DNA of 64,000 bases. It comes from Fidelibacterota bacterium (GTDB taxonomy: Bacteria; Fidelibacterota; UBA2242). Of this stretch, positions 1 to 7,809 are shown one piece after another. The DNA is taken from NCBI GenBank assembly GCA_016783665.1, contig JADHWC010000002.1:2371-66370 (forward strand), written 5' to 3'. Positions within the stretch are counted from its first letter, which is position 1, and each line of letters starts with the position of its first letter. The notes under the pieces are model-generated. The model searched no databases. It saw only the letters and a program-made list of their open reading frames with translations, and was not told where the DNA came from. The position numbers and the translations under genes are program-made.

Positions 1-380
1 ATCAATATACGCAATGATTTTATACAGCTTTTATAACTCCAAATCATTTTCACATCACAATTTTCAAAACCATTAACATAATTTAGATAAGAATCATTAA
101 TCAGTTGTGGTTCAATTTTTACAATGTACTCACTTACAGTAATACAATATTTTAAAACATAGAATAATAGACTTGTGTACTTGGTAGTAGAGATTATTCT
201 TACTACAGATTCGATTCCCCAAGTTGTTGTATAATCCAAGACTCGCTTTAAGAATTGAATTAGATGCTGTTTTGTTGTTTTCCCACTCTGATGACAAAAA
301 ACAATATATGTTAGTAAATCAATAATACAGGAATCCATAAGCATCATTTTAGTAATTCCCAGCCTATCGCACTCATCCAT
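1..380 (-). CDS. Hypothetical protein. Its 3' end runs off the window start. AT-rich. Absent from the supplied ORF track.
   Basis: I translated the minus strand by hand. ATG is at 380..378 and the frame stays open to position 1 (more than 126 codons, MDECDRLGITKMMLMDSCIIDLL...). No homolog recognised. Confidence 0.3.
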   Translation of the reverse strand, partial: MDECDRLGITKMMLMDSCIIDLLTYIVFCHQSGKTTKQHLIQFLKRVLDYTTTWGIESVVRIISTTKYTSLLFYVLKYCITVSEYIVKIEPQLINDSYLNYVNGFENCDVKMIWSYKSCIKSLRIL

Positions 381-403
381 TTTTGATAAAATAAAATTCT
401 CTG

Positions 404-935
404 CTAAATGGGAATAATCTGGATATTTGAAATCAAAAACAAGGCAGTCGAATATATCATCATTATTCGATATGACAGAATCATCAGAAAAAAAATCACT
501 TTTTCTATAATATTGATATTTTAAAATAACGAAAAACGAAAGTTCACACTTTATTCTTGGTAGTATTTGAAATATGTAAAACTTAATCTCATTTATTTCA
601 ATTTTCCCAAGTATGTGATATAGTGTAGTGACTAATGATGAATCCGATTCAAAATCAGAAAAACACAAATTTCTCAAATATAAAATTATCGTTGATGTTT
701 CGCCTTCAATTAAATTACGATATTCAGTTTTTAACTGATTAATGTCAATAAGATACTCGTTTATTTTTCCTTCGATGTAATCAAACATAAACTTATCATC
801 ATTTTTAGAAATATCCCAGAAATCAGAAATACTAAGGTATGTTTTAAAGTTTTTTAATTTATACGATGGAAGGCTGTCTTTGTGTTTTAATACTTCATTA
901 TCATTAAGATTATATAATGGTAGTATTTCGCTCAT
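404..935 (-). CDS. Hypothetical protein of 177 aa. AT-rich. Absent from the supplied ORF track.
   Basis: Minus-strand ORF found by hand. ATG is at 935..933 (MSEILPLYNLNDNEVLKHKDSLPSYKL...) and the TAG stop at 406..404. Checked codon by codon with no internal stop. It contains an A8 homopolymer at 487-494. Confidence 0.35.
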
Positions 936-999
936 TGCTAAATCCTTTTGTTTAGCCCTTTGTTAAAATTCTATGTTACAATCTCTCATGAATGCCATA

Positions 1000-1293
1000 T
1001 TATAATTTGTTAAAATGGCCACATTGTAGACAGTAATATCCGCCTTTAGATTTATCGGTTTCGGTTACTATTTGTGACTTTTGACATTGAAGACAGCTCG
1101 ATCTATTTGCCTTATAACTTGATTGAGTAGAACTATGATTTGATTCGTTTGTGTCCAGTGATGTATTTTTTACAAGTTTTTCCAAAAGTTCGGTGATCTT
1201 ATTTATTTTAAAATACCAGCACCAAAATTCCCTTAATAAAAGAAAAACGACTACAATGATAGCTATGAAAATGATTGAACTTACAGTTTCCAT
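1000..1293 (-). CDS. Small single-pass membrane protein with a C-terminal C4 zinc ribbon (paralog A').
   Basis: Short N-terminus, then a hydrophobic helix (IIFIAIIVVVFLLL), then positive residues (REFWCWYFKINK), which places the C-terminus in the cytoplasm. CxxC...CxxC (CLQCQK...CLQCGH) at the C-terminus. Shares 26 identical residues (LREFWCWYFKINKITELLEKLVKNTS) with ORF 2883..3155. Confidence 0.55.
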   Translation of the reverse strand: METVSSIIFIAIIVVVFLLLREFWCWYFKINKITELLEKLVKNTSLDTNESNHSSTQSSYKANRSSCLQCQKSQIVTETDKSKGGYYCLQCGHFNKL

Positions 1294-1331
1294 CTTGTCT
1301 CCAATTCTATATAAATGTTAAAAACCTTTGT

Positions 1332-1880
1332 TCAGGCAATTATTAATAAGATGCTTACCAATGTTACAACAATCGAATAAATCATAAAGTAGGTTTGAGC
1401 AAGTGCAATTTTTTCTAATGCAACCGTTTGTCTTTCGTTTAGAGATTGCTCAGTAATATTTTCTAATTTCTCTTGGGTGTCTGCAACCGTAATTGTTTCA
1501 GTTTTCTCTTGGGGCACGATTAATAATGAATCACTATATACGGATTCTGTGCCGCCAAATAATTTTTCAAAACCTTTTTTGTCATAGACACTCAAATTCT
1601 TTTTTGAGCAAATACGTCTAATATCGCTTAGGGGTATGCGAAGTTCGTCTCCGGTTGAATATGAAATAAAAGTAATATACTGACCTTGATATGCTACAAA
1701 CCGGCCTTCATACTCAGAACCATTTACCATAAAAATTTTAATGTAGTTTTCACCGGGTGAATATTTATTAATCAATTCAGCGGACTGCTCAAAGTATCTT
1801 TTCTTTGGTAACTGCGAATAGGACACTCTGAACAATCCAATAAGCAAACATATAATGACAATTTTTTTCATTTTACACAC
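1332..1880 (-). CDS. Secreted or lipoprotein-like protein with a C-terminal hydrophobic anchor. Function unknown.
   Basis: N-terminal signal peptide (MCKMKKIVIICLLIGLF) and a C-terminal hydrophobic helix (YFMIYSIVVTLVSILLIIA). No recognisable catalytic motif. Confidence 0.45.
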   Translation of the reverse strand: MCKMKKIVIICLLIGLFRVSYSQLPKKRYFEQSAELINKYSPGENYIKIFMVNGSEYEGRFVAYQGQYITFISYSTGDELRIPLSDIRRICSKKNLSVYDKKGFEKLFGGTESVYSDSLLIVPQEKTETITVADTQEKLENITEQSLNERQTVALEKIALAQTYFMIYSIVVTLVSILLIIA

Positions 1881-2016
1881 TCCAATATAAAAAGTTTAGC
1901 CGGGACACTCCCACCTATAGCATCCCGGCCTTTATGCCCCGTCGTTCTGCCTGTCCGGCAACCGCTCAGCCACTCCGAACGGAAAACCATTATCTTTTTG
2001 TTTTTTCTGCCTCAGT

Positions 2017-2517
2017 TCAATAAGCTTTATATCCATAAGATTGACTGTATCTGGCTACTTTTTTCCCCGACCTGTTGTCATAAAACGTAATTCTTCCAGT
2101 CGATCCGGCCCTGTCACAGATTTTTGCTAATGTGATCCCAATTCCAACTTTTGTATCATAATCTAATGAATTCCAGATGTAAACATCGATCATCGCTTCG
2201 TTTTGATCAATGTCTAATTTTTTTAAAAGTCCCGAATCATACAATACTTGAAGGTCATCGTTATTGGTTTGGGTGGAATACTTTAGACTTGTGTTTGTTT
2301 TAAAGGTTGTTGAAGGCTCATAAATCCAGCCTTCAACAGTAACCTTAACCCATTTCCCCTCTTTTTGAATCTTTTTTACTTCGGTTCCTTTTAATAGTAC
2401 ACCGATTTTATCTCCATTGGGACTTGACCTAAAATTTTCGCTGTCAGCAATTACTTTACCTGTTTGACTGTATATAATGGAAAAATTAAGAATGAGTATT
2501 AATAATATGTTTTTCAT
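2017..2517 (-). CDS. Secreted protein with a bacterial SH3 (SH3b)-like domain.
   Basis: Signal peptide (MKNILLILILNFSIIYS). The segment SPNGDKIGVLLKGTEVKKIQKEGKWVKVTVEGWIY resembles an SH3_3 fold. Confidence 0.45.
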   Translation of the reverse strand: MKNILLILILNFSIIYSQTGKVIADSENFRSSPNGDKIGVLLKGTEVKKIQKEGKWVKVTVEGWIYEPSTTFKTNTSLKYSTQTNNDDLQVLYDSGLLKKLDIDQNEAMIDVYIWNSLDYDTKVGIGITLAKICDRAGSTGRITFYDNRSGKKVARYSQSYGYKAY

Positions 2518-2537
2518 TTTACCTCCAGATTAGAATT

Positions 2538-2804
2538 TTATACTTCTTTCCCGCAGTATCGACAGACCTTTGCCTCTGATTTAATTAACTCAGCGCAATA
2601 TGGACACTTTTTATTTTCACCACTATCAATCTTTTCTTTTTCAATTTTTTTCTCATCCGGTTTAGAAACTAAAACAATGATAAACCCAATTAACGGACTG
2701 AGAGCTACCGATATTAAAAAATATCCAAAACCAGACTTTCCTTTACTTGAAGCATACATTCCCACAAGAACCGCTAAAATTAACCAGGTGATAATAATTT
2801 CCAT
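2538..2804 (-). CDS. Small two-TM membrane protein with a C-terminal zinc ribbon.
   Basis: Two hydrophobic helices, then a Lys/Glu-rich linker, then CPYC...CRYC. Confidence 0.5.
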   Translation of the reverse strand: MEIIITWLILAVLVGMYASSKGKSGFGYFLISVALSPLIGFIIVLVSKPDEKKIEKEKIDSGENKKCPYCAELIKSEAKVCRYCGKEV

Positions 2805-2882
2805 GATTCCCTCCGATTGTTATGTTTTAAAATACTTTGCCGGGACACGTATCGCCCTATCCGGTCAATATATCAATAATAT

Positions 2883-3155
2883 TTACTTTAGTTTATATCC
2901 GCAATGTTCACATTCAAAAGTATCACCTTGATTGTATTTATTGCACTCAGGACATTTCCATCTGACTGATGTTGATGTATTTTTTACAAGTTTTTCCAAA
3001 AGTTCGGTGATTTTGTTTATCTTGAAATACCAGCACCAAAATTCTCTTAAAAACAGAAAAACAACTAAAATGAATGCGATTAATAGTATTGCGTTTACAC
3101 CTTGAGAAATCGAAAAACCGCCCATATTACCTCCATTTAAGTTTAGCCGGGACAC
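2883..3155 (-). CDS. Small single-pass membrane protein with a C-terminal C4 zinc ribbon (paralog A).
   Basis: TM helix AILLIAFILVVFLFL, then the same 26-aa juxtamembrane block as 1000..1293, then CPEC...CEHC. A GGAGG ribosome-binding site precedes the ATG. Confidence 0.55.
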   Translation of the reverse strand: MSRLNLNGGNMGGFSISQGVNAILLIAFILVVFLFLREFWCWYFKINKITELLEKLVKNTSTSVRWKCPECNKYNQGDTFECEHCGYKLK

Positions 3156-3378
3156 TTTCCACTAAAAACATCCCTGCCTTTTTTGCCCCACCGTAAAGAT
3201 ATATTTTCAATTGGTTTAATACTAATCAGTTTCTTTGGAAGCCATACTTTGCGACCAGTATTATCAATCTGAACCGCTTTATCGGTTTCCGTTAAAATGA
3301 TTGTCTCAATCTCAGTACGATTATTGATTTTTAATATTTGATCGATCTAGGTCATTTAAATAGAATAGGGCTGATAAA

Positions 3379-4296
3379 TTAAATATATAGCTGAATAATA
3401 TCGTCGATAAAAGTTCTTTTCTTCGCACTAATAATACTAACATTAATGTAAAAATCTTCATCCCACAGAATTTTTTCTATTATTTGTTCGATATATTTCC
3501 ATTTTTCATTAGAAGAATATGAAGATTTATATATTTTATGTAAATCAATTCTATCCATTTGAAATAATTCATCTAAATCACTCACAGGATGTCCTGCTAA
3601 TGTAATCCCATAAAGACCTTTTAAATAATTAAAATCATCTTCGGAGCTATATTTTTTTATATATTTGATATATTCAGGTAATTCTTCTTTTAATTCTTTT
3701 AATTCTCTAAACATATATTCTTTATTAGGAACATTTTTTAAGTCTTTCCTTTTATATCTTATATACAATTCTTTATATTCAAAGTCATTATAATCAATAG
3801 AGTAGACCATATCGGTTGTTTCAAATACTTTTATACTATCTTCCTTATAATAAATTTCAACCAATATCTTAATATTTTTTAATTGGTATTCACTATCATT
3901 GACTAATTTTATTTTTATATCATCAACTCTATAACTAGATAAAAATAAATTTTTATATTCCTTTAACTCAACACTTACTTTATCTAATGGAATTTTTTGG
4001 TTGTTAAAGTATATTCCAACAATTATGATAATCAACAACGGCGGTAGTATATATAACGAGATTTTTAATAATCTTTTCCCTACTTTAATAAACATATTTT
4101 TAATTTTTTTAAAACTACTTCTTGAGAATAAATAGACTTCAATTAAAAAGATACCTAATAAATATATTAACCATGTAAAGGAAGAATATTCAAAATCATC
4201 CCATTCACTTCCTAGAATTCCTAACACTAAAACAAGTAGAAACAAGGGTGCTATAATTCCAGTAATTTTAGTAATAGGAGAGAAATTATTTGCCAT
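3379..4296 (-). CDS. Membrane protein of 305 aa (about 3 N-terminal TM helices plus a Lys/Tyr/Glu-rich soluble domain). Function unknown. AT-rich.
   Basis: Hydrophobic N-terminal segments. Strong AT bias like the rest of the 1-4300 island. No conserved motif recognised. Confidence 0.45.
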   Translation of the reverse strand: MANNFSPITKITGIIAPLFLLVLVLGILGSEWDDFEYSSFTWLIYLLGIFLIEVYLFSRSSFKKIKNMFIKVGKRLLKISLYILPPLLIIIIVGIYFNNQKIPLDKVSVELKEYKNLFLSSYRVDDIKIKLVNDSEYQLKNIKILVEIYYKEDSIKVFETTDMVYSIDYNDFEYKELYIRYKRKDLKNVPNKEYMFRELKELKEELPEYIKYIKKYSSEDDFNYLKGLYGITLAGHPVSDLDELFQMDRIDLHKIYKSSYSSNEKWKYIEQIIEKILWDEDFYINVSIISAKKRTFIDDIIQLYI

Positions 4297-5213
4297 AATA
4301 ATATTTCCTACTATAATATATAGATAACAAATCCCACTTCAAAATAATTTTTTCCCGTTTGGTGTAAGTGTGGGTATAAATGAATATCAAGGGGGGTGCC
4401 CCCCGCAGGTGGGGGGTGTGCCCGGTTTCAAAAAACTATTTCTTATTTGATTATACAGCATATTATCTTTAACACCGTGTGCGTGAAAGCCCCCACAATA
4501 TTCCAGTAGTCATTCATTTCAATTTATATATAGGGCATTAGGTATCTTTAAATGGTAGTAGAGGCAATAATATTTGTTGATAGAATGTTAGATTTGAATA
4601 CTACCTGATTGAAATATCGGCATATTATAATGAAAATAAAAACAGTAAGAGTCCAATTGAATAACTGCAAATAGAGGAAATACTTTCAGAAATTGATTTC
4701 TCGTCGAGAAAAGGATTGACAGAATGACAAAATTAAGCCCGTATACCCGTTCAGTATACCCCGGAATTGATTTTCTCGTCGGGAAATATTTCCGGTATCC
4801 TAATTCCCAAGCTGGATACGGGGGTTCTATTCCCCTCACCCGCTCAAAGTCGTAATTGGATAACTTACATTTCTTACGTCATTGCAGGTTTGGCATTCAT
4901 CATAAATAGCTCGTTCCCAAGCCCCAGCTTGGGAATGCCAGCGAAAGACGTGATGGTTATTTGGAACCTGCCTTATGAAATAGTTTAAATCTTTGAAAGA
5001 GAAAACTAATTTAAAGTTTATTCACAGGGTAAATCGAATTGAACATTGGAATTTTATAGGAGACTACTTATAGATAACTCTTTCCAGGAGTAGAGCATAT
5101 ATTTACTATTGAAGTTGTATATGATAAATGGCGAAATTAGGCACGCGATTTTTAAATAATATCAGAAGAAAAACAGAGCAAAATAAATATCCATAAACTC
5201 TAACAATATATAC

Positions 5214-6500
5214 ATGATAAAAATTATCTCAGTAAAGAATGGAAGCAGGGCCGATGTTGCCGGTATTTGTGCTAACGATTATTTAATCTCGCTCAACGGT
5301 CATGAAATTAACGATCTCTTGGATTACCATTTCTGCCAGGCTGAAGAAAATCTGACTATTACATTTAGCCGTAATAAATCACAACAACAGGTATTGATAC
5401 AAAAAGCATTCGATGAGGACCTGGGAATTGAAGTGGATGGTTTGCGTGTTAGAGCCTGTTCGAATAATTGTATATTCTGCTTTATCAAACAGAATCCTCC
5501 GGGAATGAGGCAAGCGATATATTTCTGTGATGAAGATTATCGTTATTCATTTCTCTACGGGAGTTACATTACATTAACCGATCTAAATGATAAGGAACTT
5601 TACCGTATCGTCGAGCAGCGACTATCACCGTTATATATTTCGGTTCATGCCACCGAGCCGGATGTTAGAAAATCAATATTTCGGTTCAGATTCGATGATC
5701 GTTTAATGGAGAAAATAGATTATTTACACCGGAACCGGATAGAACTACATACTCAGATTGTGCTTATGCCCGGGATGAACGACGGGGAAATTCTTGAGAA
5801 AACGATTACCGATCTATATAGATTCAGGGATTCTATAAAAACACTGGCGCTTGTGCCGGTGGGGTTGACAAGACATCGAAAAAAATTGCCGCACTTAAAT
5901 CCTGTGACGAAAGAATTGGCAAGTGAGCTGGTGTATCGCTCCGAATATTGGAACCGTCGATATAGGAACAATGAAGGCGATCCGTTTGTCTACTTATCTG
6001 ATGAATTTTATCTGCTGGCGAACCAGCCGTTTCCAATCACCGGTCACTATGGTCCCTATTACCAGGTTGAGAATGGTGTGGGATTATGCCAGCAACTGAT
6101 TGATTCTGTGGAACAACAGCGTCAGGATTTCCCGAAAACTTTGTCAAAACCAAAGAGGATTGGGTTTATCACGAGCAAATTGGCGGAACCGGTACTGTGT
6201 GATTATCTGTTGCCTTATTTGAATATGATCGCTAATCTTACGGTTGAGACACTGACGGTGACGAATCACTTTTTCGGCGAAACAGTTACAGTATCAGGGC
6301 TATTGACCGGGCAGGATATTGTTGAACAATTTCCTAAATCGTTAAAATATGATTTGATCTTTTTACCACCGAGGTGTATAAATGAAGACGGGTTGCTTTT
6401 GGATGATATGACTCCGGAGGATATAGGAAAAGCGGTCGGGAGCCCGGTTTTAGTTGGAAGTGATGATATAGTCGAGATGGTAACATATGGCGAAATGTGA
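5214..6500 (+). CDS. PDZ domain-containing radical SAM protein (DUF512-type).
   Basis: N-terminal PDZ-like segment. CSNNCIFCF (CxxxCxxC) radical-SAM cluster motif. Its end overlaps the der start. Confidence 0.65.
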   Translation: MIKIISVKNGSRADVAGICANDYLISLNGHEINDLLDYHFCQAEENLTITFSRNKSQQQVLIQKAFDEDLGIEVDGLRVRACSNNCIFCFIKQNPPGMRQAIYFCDEDYRYSFLYGSYITLTDLNDKELYRIVEQRLSPLYISVHATEPDVRKSIFRFRFDDRLMEKIDYLHRNRIELHTQIVLMPGMNDGEILEKTITDLYRFRDSIKTLALVPVGLTRHRKKLPHLNPVTKELASELVYRSEYWNRRYRNNEGDPFVYLSDEFYLLANQPFPITGHYGPYYQVENGVGLCQQLIDSVEQQRQDFPKTLSKPKRIGFITSKLAEPVLCDYLLPYLNMIANLTVETLTVTNHFFGETVTVSGLLTGQDIVEQFPKSLKYDLIFLPPRCINEDGLLLDDMTPEDIGKAVGSPVLVGSDDIVEMVTYGEM

Positions 6501-7806
6501 TCCTATAGTTGCAATAATCGGACGACCCAATGTCGGCAAGTCCACACTGTTTAACCGAATTGCTCAAAAACGCAGATCGATCGTTCATCCGCAGGCAGGA
6601 ATCACTCGTGATAGGGTATACGAGACTGTTACCTGGACCGGACGTCAATTCACATTGATTGATACCGGAGGCTATGTACCGGACAGTCAGGATACGATGG
6701 AAAGTGCAATTCGCGCTCAGGTTCAATTGGCTATTGAGGAAGCGGATCTCATCCTGTTTATGGTTGATGCGTATGATCTGCTTATGCCGATGGATAATCA
6801 AATCGCGGAATTACTACGAACTTCCAGTAAGCCCATATTGCTAATAGCCAACAAATGTGATGACGAAAAAAGAGAACAACATAGATACGAGTTTTTCGGA
6901 TTGGGTTTTGGCGATGTAATCCCGATATCGGCACAAGATGGAAGGCGGATCGGTGATCTGTTGGATTTGATCCTGGAAAATTTACCTAATGAGGCTCCCG
7001 CTGAAAAGGAAGGACCCGATCATTTAAGGCTGGCAATTGTCGGAATACCCAATGCCGGAAAATCATCAATTGTCAATGCCATTTTGGGAGTTGATAAATT
7101 AATCGTTACCGATATACCGGGGACTACAAGGGATTCCATCGATTCGGAGGTAAAATATCACGGACAGTCGATTACCCTTATTGACACGGCAGGTCTCCGG
7201 AAAAAGAGGCGCATTAAGGATAATATTGAATTTTACAGTAATATCCGCACCGACCGTGCAATCGATCGTAGTAATGTTGCCGTCGTGGTAATTGATGCAG
7301 TGAAAGGATTTAACCGACAGGATGCGACAATTGTTCGTTCGATCATTGATCGCAAGAAGGGTATGGTAATCGCGATAAACAAATGGGATCTCATTGAAAA
7401 GGATTCGAATACCCTGAAGAATTACCAGATTAATATTACTGAGATGTTTTCAGAATTGTCCCATTATCCTATGATCTTCATATCAGCATTGACCAAACAA
7501 CGGATCGGGCAGATATTGGATACGGCAAATGACGTATATGTCTCGGGTAAACAACGAATTACAACTAATGTGTTAAACAAATATTTTCAACATATCATTG
7601 ACTATACACCGCCGCCGGCTGTCCAGGGGAAATATATCCAGATCAAATATGTTACTCAGGTGAAAAAAGAACCTCCCGTGTTTGTATTTTTCTGTAATGA
7701 TCCTAAAGGTATTAAGGAGGAATATCGACGCTTTCTTGAAAACAGATTACGTAAACAATTTGGATTCAAAGGTTTTCCTGTGACCCTGTTATTCCGGCAG
7801 AAATAG
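6487..7806 (+). CDS. der: Ribosome-associated GTPase Der (EngA), with tandem GTPase domains.
   Basis: Two G domains, each with a P-loop (GRPNVGKST and GIPNAGKSS), DxxG and NKxD (NKCD, NKWD) motifs, plus a KH-like C-terminus. Confidence 0.9.
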   Translation: MAKCDPIVAIIGRPNVGKSTLFNRIAQKRRSIVHPQAGITRDRVYETVTWTGRQFTLIDTGGYVPDSQDTMESAIRAQVQLAIEEADLILFMVDAYDLLMPMDNQIAELLRTSSKPILLIANKCDDEKREQHRYEFFGLGFGDVIPISAQDGRRIGDLLDLILENLPNEAPAEKEGPDHLRLAIVGIPNAGKSSIVNAILGVDKLIVTDIPGTTRDSIDSEVKYHGQSITLIDTAGLRKKRRIKDNIEFYSNIRTDRAIDRSNVAVVVIDAVKGFNRQDATIVRSIIDRKKGMVIAINKWDLIEKDSNTLKNYQINITEMFSELSHYPMIFISALTKQRIGQILDTANDVYVSGKQRITTNVLNKYFQHIIDYTPPPAVQGKYIQIKYVTQVKKEPPVFVFFCNDPKGIKEEYRRFLENRLRKQFGFKGFPVTLLFRQK

Positions 7807-7809
7807 ACT

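Noticed and set aside
404-935. ORFs 404..935 and 1..380 as a single gene split by a homopolymer frameshift
   Set aside because: A plus-or-minus-1 change in the A8 tract creates an immediate stop rather than fusing the frames. The downstream frame is closed by TGA just 5' of the tract.
1936-1990. GC-rich stretch (GGAGTGGCTGAGCGGTTGCCGGACAGGC…) as a tRNA, possibly tRNA-Sec given selD in the window
   Set aside because: No cloverleaf can be drawn. The complementary arms are only about 17 nt apart (a simple hairpin), and there is no UCA anticodon loop.
1894-3185. Conserved junction motifs as integron attC sites (gene-cassette array)
   Set aside because: The copies lack the RYYYAAC / GTTRRRY core sites and the extended imperfect-palindrome architecture of attC. 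No intI or attI is visible nearby.
4588-4988. Track ORFs 4588..4839(-) and 4767..4988(+)
   Set aside because: They overlap each other antisense in a repeat and palindrome-rich spacer. No ribosome-binding site, low-complexity translations. Treated as non-coding.
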